Origin: Paraphysomonas bandaiensis
Taxonomy: Eukaryota > Protista > Chrysophyceae
DNA length: 64,000 nucleotides
Direction: 5' to 3'
NCBI GenBank assembly: GCA_965644295.1
Contig: CBFFRP010000432.1
Span: 62,001 to 126,000, forward strand
Below the pieces are notes generated by a model. It saw nothing but the letters and a program-made list of their open reading frames with translations, did not search any database and was not told the DNA's origin. The position numbers and the translations under genes were made by a program. This document shows positions 1-14,053 of the stretch, piece by piece. Every line of letters starts with the position of its first letter. The first letter of the stretch is position 1.

Positions 1-3
1 GTA

Positions 4-543
4 ATGAGTATTGGTACAAGACAAAATTTTTTGTCGTCATCACGTTTTGCGACTCAGGTGTTAATAGCAGATCGAACTCTAGATATGATATATCCCAATC
101 TTTTGATTGATTTAAACAACCCCAATGGGACAGCGTGTCCGAAGTACTCGTGTGGAAAGTCGCTTAATATTTTGCAGATCATTGCCGCCTTCGAGCCAGA
201 TGCAAATAAATACACTGTGAAATGTCCATACTGTGGTACTGAATATGTCCCACGCTTTACAGTGCACTCGTCATCTGATGATTGGACTGGAAGCGAAGGT
301 GAAGGAAGTCTTCTTTGGTGTGAGCTGCTGAGTCCTTGGGTCTTACAAAAAGAAGTTTTAAATGTCATCACAGGAAGTGGGGTCGAAACACTATTATCTT
401 CGACTTTCAGAAACTCGTCCCTGAATATGCAGTACGCGGTTATATTTTGGAACCTAATTATATATTTTCGCCTGTACGGTTTACCGTATGCCTTCCTGAT
501 AACTGAAAAGTCAAGTATGGCATTTCTAATCCCATTAGATTAG
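4..543 (+). CDS. 3' exon of a DENND4/C-myc promoter-binding-like protein; gene runs off the left edge
   Basis: CxxxxC...CPYC zinc ribbon followed by LLSPWVLQKEV and IFWNLIIYFRLYGLPYAFL, resembling the C-terminal domain of DENND4-type proteins. Confidence 0.6.
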   Translation: MSIGTRQNFLSSSRFATQVLIADRTLDMIYPNLLIDLNNPNGTACPKYSCGKSLNILQIIAAFEPDANKYTVKCPYCGTEYVPRFTVHSSSDDWTGSEGEGSLLWCELLSPWVLQKEVLNVITGSGVETLLSSTFRNSSLNMQYAVIFWNLIIYFRLYGLPYAFLITEKSSMAFLIPLD

Positions 544-1003
544 TTGGTAGTTGTGTTGGTGGTATTTATACATCGTAAAAATAATATATGTTCCAGTAAA
601 TTTTGATGATAACACACTGATATATGGAGATATATGTTTTACTGCACGACATCAATTTAATTGCACCACGCTCTTCAATCCACAATAATAAAATACATTG
701 TGTGTTCGAATCCTTTCAGCATACCATGAATTGCCTCAGCATAATTTATTTTGCACCTACTATATATCTATATATAGCAGTAGCATATACATAAAATCAG
801 TGTATCGCTTTAACATATCGTGTTCTCTGAAAGAAGAACCGAAATATATTCATATATTCCATGAGAATGACACCAGCTTGAATAATAATTTCGTTGAGAG
901 GTGAATATAACACACAAATTGTTAAGAGTAAAGATTACTACAAATATTCTGGTGCTATAGCTATATAAAAACGTAGATCAATTAATGACATTAACTGCAT
1001 TTT

Positions 1004-3416
1004 TTACGCTCCATACAACTCATTAGCATCGTCTTCTCTATGCTGTAAAATTCTTTCATGCCACATTTCAATATAGTACAAAAAATTCATACTATCAGTA
1101 TTCACAATACCATCATCCACAGGGTTCCACACCACTGCCATTGTCTGTATTGGTGACTGTCCGATAAATTTGTAGGCATCTAGCGACGTAAATCCAAGAT
1201 TGATCTGGTGCACACATGTAAGTCTCAATATCGAAACAACAAAAGCATTACCATCATGGTTCCGAGGTTCAAGACATGTTGATAAAAATCAAACGTATAA
1301 ACTAATATATACGTAAAATTAAAGAACATGGGCAAATGATAAACTCACCAAGTTTAGGGTCGTAAGTGTATTTAGCTAGTTCTTTTCTGCGTATCCAGTG
1401 AGAACAGCAACGCGATAAATAACAATTTACCGTTTCGATAACAAAGATGTTCGACTAGAGCTGGAAAGTCCTGAGAATACTTCCCGGTCAACCAAAGACA
1501 TGTCCTCAACAATATGGCCAATATTTTCTGTTATGCTGGGCTCATTCCCAGGTTCAGTCACCACTACATCAACAGGTACCATGACGAGGAATACATATGT
1601 CTGGGTAGCCCACCTATAGCCTTAGCAGTTGAAACAAGAGGAGAAACTAAATAAGGGTGATCCCCTTCGAGGTTGATGCGCACAGCTGGCTGCATACTCC
1701 GCAGTATCCTTTGTATCTAACGTGAAACAACATCATGCTCGAAGACAAAAGCGCAGAGTAGGACCTACCCATCTGACTATCCATTGAGGTGGCAACGATG
1801 AGAAGGCGTGACTATATATTTGCCCTGTGTATACCTCAGAGAAAGCTATTGTACGTTTAAATCGACCCTGTACAACAGCCTCAAACACACGCTTTTTGCC
1901 ACTGCATATGCACAGAGAAATCAGTCTTCGTCAGTCAATGCCAAGTTACTGACCTGAAAAATTCCTTAGGTGAGTCTGCGAGCCCATCTACCAGGATGTA
2001 TATCTCTCCCACAAACATATCCGATTCTACAGGGATAACTGAGAGCCGTGGATCTTGAGTGTGGAGACGAAGGGGCTGAATAAGTCGAGAGACTTCAGCC
2101 TCACTTCGGCCTCTGTACATGTGTGGGCTACGACGTGTTAGCAAAGGCCGTGAAGGCCAAGTGGTAGGATCTGGAACATGACTTGAGCAATCCATAGCAG
2201 TTCCCAGCTGTGCAGATGTTATTGAAGAAATGCCCCCCCGCTCTTTAATTCTATCACTTCTATCATTCGACATTGACCCGCGTGTATGCATAGGCATAGA
2301 AAAAAGGGAGGTATAGGCATCCAAAAAATCAATAAGAGATCGGGTAAGATATTGTTGTCGCACCTCGGTGATGCAGACTATACAGACAAAAGCGTTCTTC
2401 ACACTATGGCTGAAAGACATAGAAAATGCATTACTCATGTGCTCCATCAAAATCCATATAACAGGAATCAAAACAAAGACGGATAGTAGAACTAGAACAA
2501 TTCTAACGGCAGTTCTAGCACTGTGCACTTCATGGTGGAGGTCACTTATACTACGTCGAAGTCGTTCATTCTCCGTAAGGAGGTTACTTACATCCTACAA
2601 AAATTACATCGTGTTAAGCAATTATGGTAAGGTATCATGATGAAATAGCACTCGTGAATATACCTGAGTGTTATTGCGCAAATTCTTCTCGATATCAATG
2701 AGAGTGGTGTGCTCCGGAAAACCACCAGAAACTTCATTAGAAACCCGAAGAATAGCACTAACGTTAAATTGATATAGCAACTCAGAATTACACAAAAAAC
2801 GCTTGTGCTTTATGTGATGAATGAAATCAAAATTTAACAAATCATTTCCTAGTTTTACAGCATCCACGGAAGTAAGCCTCCGATTCTTTTTCAACCAGTC
2901 CACAGCATCTCTTCCCAAGAAACACTGTGAATATCTGTGGAAATGATGATATCTTACACGTAAAGGAATTTCACTCATCATCCGAACTGCTAACAATCGC
3001 AGTTCTTCATAGTTATTATCTCCCTGCAGCGAAGAAATGTATCTAACAGATTCGGTTAACCCTTCGATCCATTGTTCACAACATTCTTCGCTGAACATGG
3101 CTATTCTCCACACATGCTCTGACCCATCTGCCCCTTTACCAATAGCCTTAACAACGGAATGGCATCTAAACAACGCTTCATCGATTTCATCACAACTGCA
3201 CTCAGTCAGTATGTATTCCTGTAGTCTTAACTGATAGAATTTCTCGTTTATCAATTCCTCAGTCTTCATATCCGTTTCAATTAAGTCATCTGGTAACTGA
3301 CGTTTAAATATCCGAATGAACTGTCCCTTTAAATGAACGAAGTATCTCTTCCAGCGATAGTCATCAGAGAGCTTCACGAAATACACTCCTGATATACAGG
3401 GGCAGAGTTGGACCAT
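1004..3416 (-). CDS. Multi-exon PH + DEP + transmembrane + DUF1769-like protein
   Basis: PH-like WKRYFVHLKG...CEQWIEGL; DEP motif CFLGRDAVDWL...AVKLGNDLLNFDFIHH; hydrophobic stretch IVLVLLSVFVLIPVIWIL; downstream exons IPVESDMFVGEI...GKKRVFEAVVQGRFK typical of DUF1769; short GT-AG introns. Confidence 0.6.
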
Positions 3417-3819
3417 ATCAGTGGGTGGGGGGGGGGATGGAGAGATTCGGACTATGGGGATATGTGTGTCATGTGTGTGTGGTTATGTGCGTGCTAAGGG
3501 GGGTGTATATGCTGCTGTCAATGGAAGCATGCATGTATATACACACACACATCTATAGAGATGCCTCACACACAGAGCACAGCAGAGTATACTCCAAATA
3601 ACCTTCTACAACCAATCATTATCTACTTAAGAGTATTCCTTTATTATCATTGGTTAATTCTTTCATATACTGCTGCTCATGTACTGTAGTACGCAGGATG
3701 TGGGTGCAGCAGTACAGAGAGTTGTCCATATGGCGAACTCATCTATCAGCTATGTATATATACATATATAACAGTGACGGCTTGGTAAGCAGCATACACG
3801 CCTCTCCTATCACTGGTAT

Positions 3820-5087
3820 ATGATCAGTAGGTCAGTTCGAGCTGTTATGCCAGCTATCATATCCAGTAACCTGGCAGGCATACCATGCGTCCCCATACTG
3901 TTCGAAGATCAGCATGTGGTGGTAGTAAACAAACCAACTAACATGCTCTCTGTTCCTGGACGAACAGATATTATAACGAGACGTCCACGACACATAGAGT
4001 GGAAAGATGCAGTGATACATGCAGCAGAATCTGATGCTGATAGCTTGAGATGCAGTGATTCATGTAAGTCACTGCTACGGAGCCTCTCTTCTCTCGATTC
4101 AGTTCCAAGAAAGCAAAAGTCTTTCGCGTCATGGATGAAGCGCAACATGAAAAATACTCCACCTGAAGTTTCTGACGAGGCGTTTGCGACAATAACGGCT
4201 TCAGACCGGCTGTTGCATTCACCATCTATCGAGTCACTTCCTCCTGATCGTGTCAGTGTTGCAGAAGTGGTGGAGCAATACTGCGGCAAAGTATATACTG
4301 TTCATAGACTTGACTGTGAGACTTCTGGTGCTATGGTGTTTGCGAAATCTGAGATTGGAGCAGCTGTATTGGGGAAACAATTCCAGCAAAAAATTGTAAG
4401 ACACATGTAAACCAAAGTAGCATGCTTACTTTTCTAATTTCCATCAGACCAAGAAGCTTTATATTGCTATCGTTGCTGGTGAGGTACAGGAGTCGAAGAT
4501 AATAGTAGATGCGCCACTCTCAGGAAAGTACGAGGAACGTCCACGACAGGTACAATTGTTTACTGGTTGATTCGTATCCAGTAAGTGTTCTGTTGTTTTA
4601 GAGAGTAGATACACTAAATGGAAAACATTCTCTTACAGAAGTACAGCGACTATCAACTTATGTATTGGACAGCGGTGATAGAGTCACTGCAGTTCAGCTC
4701 TTTCCAATTACAGGTAGAACACATCAGCTCAGAGTGCACATGTCACATATAGGGCACCCCATACTGGGAGATACATTGTATGCCCCTGATAACTTCATGA
4801 ATCTCTCTCCTCGGCTGGAGCTCCACGCTTTGGAGCTTAAGTTTCTCCACCCATCTACATCTGAGGAAATTCATGTTACTGCTCCGAGTTCTCTAACCTC
4901 CAGTTTATGGCACGATGATGACAAGACCATTGATGAGTCAGACAAATATTTAGAAGGAAATTTAGAGTACAAGGCATCGAGCAGACCAACAAAAGTTAGA
5001 AAGATAGATACGAAGTTGATTTCAATGTCGACACCAGAGGATGAGTGTAGTGAATTGTCGCCTGTCGTAAATAATGTCACAAGTTAG
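3820..5087 (+). CDS. RluA-family pseudouridine synthase (3 exons)
   Basis: VVVNKP, catalytic HRLDCETSG, PITGRTHQLRVH, GHPILGDTLY and LELHA motifs; introns near 4395-4447 and 4549-4600. Confidence 0.9.
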
Positions 5088-5383
5088 CTAAATTGACATT
5101 TCTATTAGCCTTATAATAACGACACATTCATTAATTAGTCTTCTTTTCCTCATTACATAGAAAAGTAATATTTCTGTTTTTTCTGGCTTGCAGGCTTCCC
5201 CACGAGCAATGGGCATTCTACTTTAAAACAGATAAAAAATGCTATTGTGGAGTACTCTGCATCAATTTAGGACTCTAAATAGAACTGGAGCATGGCGGTG
5301 AGTACACTTATAATTTTGTTAATACACCTCTTTTTTTCGATTTTAAAGTGTGAGTCTATACGTTCAACACTACCAATCAATAA

Positions 5384-8152
5384 TTACGTCCCACTATATT
5401 TCAAGCGCTTTCTTTTGCTATTCTTGTAGTCAGCGGGCACAGGTTGGAGGTCTCTTTTATTTCCAGTTGATGCTGCACCATCACTAACAGAACTATCAAT
5501 ATTCCTAGCAGAGCCGACTGCAGTGGTATCGGCATTCGTCAATGCAATCTTTTGACCTTTACCTGCCCGTTCAATTGAAAGAATTTTTACATTCACAGAC
5601 TCCCCGATGACAAATCCAGTTATTGCCCTAGCGCCATACTTACTCTTGTGAAGCAACGCATCATCTTCTGCACCAATATCCACGAACGTTCCAAATGAAG
5701 TAATATTCCTCACGGTACCGACCACTTCATCCCCAACTGCGAAATTTCCCGGAGGTGGTATGCTTCTTCTAAGCAGTTGTGGAGGTACACCTCTTATCCC
5801 CCGGACATCCGAATGGGCAGTGCTACTATATATGGGATCTGACAGCCATCTACCAATGGTACGGAGCTGATCCACATCTTCTCGTAGAGAGGATGCAAGC
5901 AGAGACCAGTTACAAGATTCTAGAGCGCGACGAAGGGATTCAGAAAAAAGCAGTGATCTCACATTAGCATTTGAGTTGTTGCATACAGCACGTAGAAGCG
6001 ACCGAGCACAGTCGTACATCTCCGGATGTACAATAGTGCCATCCAGCGGCTCAGATCCCCCAAGTATTCTCAAAAATCCCGCCGAATTCTGAAAAGCAAT
6101 TTTTCCGATGCCACGAACAGATTTCAAATCTTCCAACGAGGAAAAAGGTCCGTTAGCAACCCGATGCTGAACTATCGCCTTCGCCTGAGCGCGGCCTATT
6201 CCAGAGGCATAACTGAGAATATGTTCAGAAGCTGTGTTGACATCTGCACCCACTTCTGATACTACCTCCTCGAGGACTGCCCCTAACCTTTTTTCCAGGA
6301 CTTTTTCTTTGATGTCATGCTGGTACATGCCAATACCTAGGGATGCAGGAGGAACCTTCACCATCTCGCACAAAGGGTCCACCAAACGCAAAGCTATTGA
6401 TATTGCGCCGCGGTAAGTCACCTCTTCCTCTGCACACTACAGTTAGATGATTCGTAAAATGCATTATCCAAAGCCATGATAAACAAGCCTCGCCAGAGAT
6501 TAAGTACGATAAGCATTACGTAGACTAACCTGGATATTCCTCTTGTGCGAGTGAGGAAACAGAATATACCGACGCACCTGCTTCACTCACAAGGGCTGAT
6601 CTCACTCCAGGGAGATCTTGCACGGCTGCGTCACACACCAGCTGCGCTTCCCGCCGCCCTACACCATTACCCACAGCTAAAACAGACACAGAAAACTTGG
6701 AACAGAGAGTTCGAAGTTTATCTGCCACTAATTCAACCTAAAAAATTATAGCTTAATTGAAGGAGCAGTTCAGATTGCGTACTGCGAGATACCTGCTTTG
6801 AGTCAAAGCAGATGAACTTCTCTCTATGCAGCACCCGGGGCTCGGCTGAGCAGTCTAAAATAACCAGCTGCGGATACATTACATGATGCAATAGATGGTA
6901 GTACTCTGCTTGCCTTGTGTCCCTGTTTGAGGCCTGGGTCAACTCCACACACCACCAGCGGACTAGGCGGTGGAGTAAGTACTGAACGTAGAGGTGGCGT
7001 CAACAACAACGACTTTAGGTTGGACGAAAATAACTGCACGGCATTTTCTTCCGCGCGCTGTATTGCCTCTCGCCAAGCAGCGCGAGTGATCATTGGTGAT
7101 ATAATACGCTTTACTGCGTCAGCTATACAAGCTGCGACAATATGGTGCCGACGAAGTGGGTGTTTTTCTGACGAGACTGCAAGTGAGGGTGGCACGCCAA
7201 ACGCATGTCGTAAGGATGTCTCGAATCGTTGGACATCACGATCAGGAATAGAAAAACGAACAGTCAGAGCACCAGCAGAATCCTTTCCCCTGCGTATAGC
7301 AAGAACCTACACGTATCTGTGGTAAAACTCGCAGACCTATAACGATAGAGGCACTACCTGATGAGCGGATAAGTACTTGACAGACTTTGAAAAAGAAAAA
7401 TAGTCACGATATTTCATCCGTTCATTCGAAGTATCTCCAACATCGGTGCCTTTTTTATCGCCAGTTGCCTTCTTTTCGGTACATGTTATTTGTACACTCT
7501 GAGTGATCCACGGCTGCCTCATCAGGCGAACAGTCTCCTCTGAGTGCGCCACTTGATCCGCAACGAGCCATCCAAGACACTCATAGTACTCATCACTCTG
7601 ATGAGGAGCAACCTTACTCACTGTATTAGCAACCACACCACACGCTATGTCTTCTAAACCCGGAATTTCTTTCGCCCTTTGCACTTTCGTCGATGTGGAT
7701 TCCTTATATACACTGTAGGCTTCATCGAGTTCATCCATAGTAAAACAACTCATGAACAACCGTGCTACATCCTCACTACACTTCCCATCTTTCTTCAGCT
7801 TATCTAATCTAGTATTCCTCGTCTTAACAACAGCTCGAAAGGATCCTAGTTCTCTATCTAGTAAGTATGCAGCGTCTGAGTTAATCCCTCCGATTTGTTG
7901 TTGTCGATATCTGACTATGAAGGGAACTGTGGCGCCATCATGTAACAGCTCAATAGCCCTCTCAGCTATGGATGTCTTAACACGGGCCTTGTCGGCTATG
8001 TACTCTATGAACTTAGGAAACACAGGATCGTTGATGATGTTCATAGTTGTTGGGAGGATCGTTGTACTTGTATCTGTATTGATTGTGGTGCTATAACGCT
8101 GACTGTGAACTATACGAGGGATGTACAGGCGTCGAATGGATATACGTCGCAT
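5384..8152 (-). CDS. Tex/YhgF-like S1 RNA-binding protein (SRBD1-like), multi-exon
   Basis: GATVPFIVRYR, GVDPG..GHKLVILD, AVGNG, VSEAGASVYSVS, RGAISIA.RL.DPL.E.VK, GIGMYQHD, HhH motif GIG, and C-terminal S1 GTVRNITSFGTFVDIG; the start could be the internal Met near 8044. Confidence 0.92.
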
Positions 8153-9548
8153 ACATAAACACTACACGCTATCACTATAGAGTTACGGTGCATGTAGTGC
8201 TATATATGCTGTATGAGTATATGAATATGAAGAGATTGGATGAAGTTCGGAGCACTTTATCTTCACACAAGCAGTGCCTGAAAACCTCCTCCATGTAGAG
8301 TGCGTATACTCTTCATTTATATGTATACTACACACAATTCGTGTTTCGCTAAACTCGAGTTTCTACATAAAAAGTCGAGTTTTACCACAAAATGTTGACT
8401 TTTGGGCCGAATATGGTATTATTATCTAAACTCTGGCTGGATATGGCGTGAGGAGTTGCCTATAGCAGTCTGTTCTCAAAGAATTACAGATCTAACAGTG
8501 TTATACAAGCGTGAAGCGCGAGTGCATGACAACAACACCACTATTGCACGAGCTGGAGTACATATTTACTGTGGTATGATTAATATATCTTGATACCTGT
8601 ACAGCGATAGCAGTAGACGGCTTCTATGAGTCATTGCCTTGGTTATCATACCCTGGCAGTGTCGTAGTAAATATTTACTCTAATTCGTGCAAAATATGTT
8701 GCATTACAGTGTTGCTGTTATTTGACTTTATGGATATATTGTTATATACAGGATCCGATCCTTGAATGTACATGAAAATCACGTATGAAGTGCATGTACA
8801 AGAAATGGACTGTCACGGACGGTGAGAAGCGGTTTTACGTATCTATTTTTAATTTGAATATACTATGCAGGTAAAACCGCCTTGTATAGGATTTTTTTTA
8901 TTATCCTTTGTACCTTATCAAGTTCAATTCATCATGCAGGAGTTAGCTTTCTGTTGTTGAAGAAGAGTACTGAATTCTAGTGGCCGATGCATGCCAATTT
9001 TTAGAGTAGTATTCTAATTCCTTTGGTGATTTATTTTAGCGTATTATAAATTATAAAGTATGAGCTGCGTGCTGCGTAGTGAAAACGTTTGAAAGAAACT
9101 TTTATTAACAAATACATTGAGATTTTGATTGGAATGGTGCTTAGGAACGTTGATTTTTTACTATTTTAACTTTAGAAGTCATCGATCATCGATCAGTTAT
9201 TGTGCTGGAATGTTAAAATTCGAGCAGTAGGCAGCGTGGAATTACTGAAGTGCTAATATTTCCTTCATATATAAAGTTGTATTCGTGCTGTTGGAATTGA
9301 ACATCACTGAACTTAATCTCCTGCTATACGTAACTATGTAACCCTTCACACTATTTTAACAAAATAATAAATTGCACAATCGCTTCATATATTATTTTCT
9401 ATAAGAATTCAACACAGGATAAAGACATATCTAAACGACAGAGTTCCAAACTGCGACTACAGTACGGATCGGACAGCTAGGGCGTGTAAGTTAAGTTCTT
9501 CCATGGCGTCCCAGCTTTTACAACTACCTAATGTAACGATAATTCGTT

Positions 9549-11633
9549 CTAAAAGTTCATCGCGCTTTCCTCGTATTCTAAAAAATCAGTTTCTTCCTCA
9601 AATAGAGCTTCTTTTGCAGCCACAAAATTTCCGGAAGGATCGTACATATTTGCCGGCTTATCGAGACTGACTCCATGTCTGAGCCAGGCAGTAGTGATCC
9701 ACTTCTCACCCTCTAAGACAGGACAGCCACTGTGCTCCGTAAATCCGGTGTCCATAAGCCCATCGGAGCCCATGTAGGTGAATATGCTCGCCATTCCCAC
9801 CTCAGGTTTCACAAAAACGTCAGCCTTGGTAAAAGTCGTTCCACCGCCTCTCTCGGGGATCTACTATCATGAGATAGATATCACGCAACGATAAAATGTA
9901 TACCTGACAATAGAGAACTGCTGTTGCCACTCGCCCAGTTTCCACGTGCTCAGACCCATCGCATTCGCCATCACAGTGGGGTCTAAACCACATACTTTTA
10001 ACTCCCATGAAAAATATAGCTAAAACGCGCTTACATGTATTCGTCCGATACATTGTATTGAATAACAACAAAATACTCCTGGCCCTCGAATCGTAGGTCA
10101 AAATTCGTGTGGGAATTGGTGAAATTCAGCACTCGCTGATAAAGGTTCCTACCAATTGCAAGCAATTATAGATATATTACATTAGTATCGGACTGCGAAT
10201 AAGGGAAAGAAACTAATTTCGTTACACTACTCACCAGAGGGGATCATCTGGTCCCGATACATCATATCCCGCCTGCTGTGCACGCCTACTCTCCGATACC
10301 TCCCCGAGGCCATCCTCTCCAACAACAGCAGCACGCTCAAGCTTCGGCGCGGCATGCTCCATGAGTAACCCACACTCATCCGGGGAAACGAATTCGTGCA
10401 CAACCCATATTTTGGCATGTTCCATGTCTAAATGTGTATCTACTTTCACAGTCTTGTCATGTACAACCTCTAACTCGGTGCGCAACGGGGCAGTGGTGTT
10501 CAACGTGTCGTCCTTGCAGGTATAGTTACGAAGTCTTTCTGTTATTGAGTCTCTATAGTATGTTAGTTCGGTATGAGCTTTCATCACGTTCTCCAAATCA
10601 GAAAAAGTATTTCGGGCGATACATTCAACATACAGATCATCGATCTCATCAGCACATAATTCCAGCGCATCCTCCACCTGACCCTCGAATTGCGAATACT
10701 TCGAAGACACATCCACGTCCATTCCAATCTCGTCCATAAACACTTCCACAGTCTCTTCAAAAGGGCCTTTAATAAACTCAACCTCCTCTCCACCCTCAAC
10801 GTGCTCTGCATATTGTATCTTGAACTTGTGACCTTCGTACGAGTCGATGGTATATGCAGCCTTTGGTTTGATAGGCTCGCCCATAGCAGTCAGGGCCCCG
10901 GTGTCCCCGTTCACCCAGAACACCTGCACGGCTCTGTCGGCATCATTCTTTACCTATAGTGTGGAATAGATATTAATCTACTTGTTCATATATTGAGCAA
11001 TTCAACCTTGAAAGAAGTTTTTATCGGTTCTGAACTGTCCAGTAATTTTTTCTTCAAGTTGGAACGTCTGGTTCCTGTCAAATAATCATAAGTCTTTACA
11101 CGAATTTCAATTTAAACAGCACCATTATCTCCTTGTTTCGTCGAAACATCACTCTCAATGTGCTTAACTGCATACATGTCACGCTTAATAGAACACAACT
11201 ACATTGTTACCTCTGTTCGTTGAGAAGGCTATGTTGCTACCAACATTGGACACTGTCATGCCAATCTCAGAGTCCATGCGTATGACAACAACTTCATCAA
11301 CAGATGACTTCATGAACTGTACGCTTCCCTTCTTCATAGTATCTGCATACTTCACCACAAACTGATGTCCTGAATACGTATTAATATATCCCCGCTGAAA
11401 CACAGGGATAGCATCGGATAGCTGCACCAGTGAAGGGGGTTCGGTGTCGGGGTTGATCCAGTGTATGATGACAGGAGCATCAGCTTCATTCAACACCTTA
11501 TATGATATTATACTGTTAAGATATACAATGAATCAGTGATATGATTCGATCTGACCTCTAAAGAAACAGAGGCACTGGAGATGGACCAGATGAGGGGAAG
11601 TATAGTAAGATAATGCGATAGTTTGTGCTTCAT
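9549..11633 (-). CDS. Secreted prolyl 4-hydroxylase alpha-like 2OG-Fe(II) oxygenase with two N-terminal VHL-beta-like repeats
   Basis: Signal peptide MKHKLSHYLTILPLIWSISSA (ATG at 11633); two repeats IHWIN...INTYSGHQFVV and VFWVN...IDSYEGHKF; catalytic HCD, RVATAVLY, GGGTTF, HSGCPVLEGEKWITTAW. Confidence 0.85.
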
Positions 11634-11773
11634 GTGGAATGAGTTTTATAGATTAAATACAGTCGGTCATGATAATAGAAACTAGACAACAACACTGATA
11701 CAGAGCTGACCCGATACCTGAGTCACTTCCACGAAACAAGTCTTCAACTTTCTTCATTTTTCACACGACTGTA

Positions 11774-11779
11774 CATACA

Positions 11780-11809
<30 letters not shown>
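11774..11809. repeat. (CATA)9 microsatellite
   Basis: Read directly; forms the left flank of the Crypton-like dimer. Confidence 0.98.
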
Positions 11810-11811
<2 letters not shown>

Positions 11812-14049
11812 ATGAGTGCATATGTGAAACTTTTTACTACAACTGTGAATCAACGTATTCTCTGTATACTGTGTATATGGTATACATAGGTATACGTGTA
11901 CGTATATGAGTGTATACTTCTGAGTGACTTCGAAGTGAATGTGATGTGGATATATGCATATATGAGTACATGATTCAGAGGCTCTGCTGCTGCCTCTACT
12001 CACAGACACGAGTGAAGACTATCAACAGTGTGTGGGCATAGTGGTGTATAGTGGTGTGTGCTCCTCATGAGGAGAGAGACTCGTATGATCATATGAATAA
12101 TACCGCAGCAGATACACACACATACATACAGAACACCCACACACACATACATGCATAGACCGCATGGAGCACCCTGAATAGCCATATAACTGAACCAGAA
12201 GCCTTCACCACTAATGCGCTCCTGAGTGTGTTATTTTATACGGTGTATCTGCATTAATGGTGCTGTGGAAGCACATGTATCCGTTAGAAGACTGTGACGC
12301 TGTTGTTAATGCAGCTGGTGGTGATCATCCATATGAGGACTTCCTCTATAAGGATAGCATATGAGTAATATGAGAGTGTGGATGAGTTGTGGGGGTGGTG
12401 GGAGTGTATGTATGTGGTATAGGGACGCCTCTTACGACCCAACCAGTGAAGAGCCTGTCGACCATATGACTCCTAATACTGTATCATTCGTAATGACCTG
12501 TTGTGTCCTGTAAATATGACTGAGGTTTACATATATCATTCATCAAGATGAAGGTGCTGTCGTAGATAAGAGATGGATGTATATCGTATATTACATAATG
12601 CTATAGCATACATATCCACTTACTTACAACTTATATCATATATTACTATCAGTGTTTATCAGACACTGTAATGTAGAGCTGTCTACTAATCCTTCATCAA
12701 GATGAAGGTGCTGGTGTAGATGTAAGTATATCGTATATCACATAATGTTATAACATATCTACTGACAACATATATACATATTTATCAGCCTTATAGAGCT
12801 GTTTGTCAAGAGTTTGATTTCTACTGCTTAAATTTAAAGAAGTGTCATTTATCAATTCCATACACATTTCAACTTGCAGATTTCATTGTACAACCTACCG
12901 TACGAAACTATATCCATCTGCTTTAACTTATGAACACTTACGATATGATTCACAATTATATTCAGCGCACTAGAGAATGTTTCATTACTAGTCTTTTTTG
13001 TCCAGTTTGTGTCTCCTTGCTCTTGAACAAGCGTTGCATCACCTCTCCAGTCAAAATATTCAAACATCAATCAAGCTACTGAATCAGATCTACTCATTAT
13101 ATTCCGCATCAGTACAAAATATGCCTACATGAACAAGATATAGGACTAACTGCCTGCAATAGCACAGGGAACCATCAACATCATATTCGTCGCTAAAATT
13201 TTATAGCCATTCATTTTTAACAGACTTTTACCCTCTTCTGGTTTCATGAGTGCTTTCTTCGTCAGTTCATTGATGTCTTTCTCATAGCCATCTATCGCCT
13301 GGCTTAGTTCTAAGTCTAAGACTACATCCACGACCAGCTTCATATTTCTTAAGGTATATAAGTAGACAATAGGGCTTCTATATCCCTTAATGTGGGATCT
13401 ACTAGGGGGTCAGGTTCACTTTCTGGAATGTCATCTGGGGCCCTTAGCTTCCCTCTTTCGCTCCTTCGTGAGCCGGTGTGAACAGATGGCCGAAGTACTC
13501 AAGAGAGATGTCTTTCGGGAATGGAATCTTCATATTTTCATCATCATCAGAGCTTCAGGGTACGCTATTATACACCACGCTACAATATGGCCAACCTTTT
13601 TCTTGTATGCTGCTCTCATTCCTGCTTTTGTTCGTTAATTCTTATAGCATTGGAGTCAACAGACACAACCGGCTGTCGGCGTATACGGCCACTTCCTCTT
13701 CGCCATTTAGGCAACTCTTCTTCCTTGTCTGAATCTGTCTCACTCATGTTTGCAGTAACTATGGTCGAATATTGATATATACCACTAACGGATATGACGT
13801 GCAAGGAGAATAGTAGAGTATTCTAACAGTGTTTTACAACTAATAAAGTGGCTATTTCCCTATAAAGTTGTAGTTTCCTCATATAAAAGTGCCGATTTTT
13901 CTGTGAAAGGAAATATTTCACATATGCATTGAATATGATTATCTACTATATATTTGTCCGTATTCGAGGCATATGTGAAACATTTCCTTTCACAGGTGGG
14001 GTTTTTAGATGAGGAAAAAACCCACAGAGTTTCACATATGCAGTCCATA
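11810..14049 (-). mobile_element. Non-autonomous Crypton-like (tyrosine recombinase) transposon, copy 1 of a tandem dimer
   Basis: 2244-bp unit repeated immediately downstream; subterminal inverted motif GAGTGCATATGTGAAACT (11814-11831) / AGTTTCACATATGCAGTC (14028-14045); CCATA (TATGG on the minus strand) at 14045-14049; decayed recombinase ORF inside. Confidence 0.75.
12852..13747 (-). pseudogene. Decayed, internally deleted Crypton tyrosine recombinase (copy 1)
   Basis: Reading through stops in one frame gives EEGKSLLKMNGYKILA...GS*SYILFM*AYFVLMRNIMSRSDSVA*LMFEYFDWRGDATLVQEQG, matching the Crypton pattern EGK...GY..LA...L.WNLM.R..SV......W.GDAL; the downstream catalytic H-x-x-R region is absent. 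Confidence 0.7.
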
Positions 14050-14053
14050 CATA

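Noticed and set aside
3820-8152. Bacterial contamination or operon (RluA, Tex; also DusA)
   Set aside because: RluA and Tex have spliceosomal introns and host-like composition; these families are common in algae and protists
8839-8880. GCGGTTTTAC...GTAAAACCGC hairpin in an intergenic region
   Set aside because: A single 10-bp stem with no other support for an RNA gene or element
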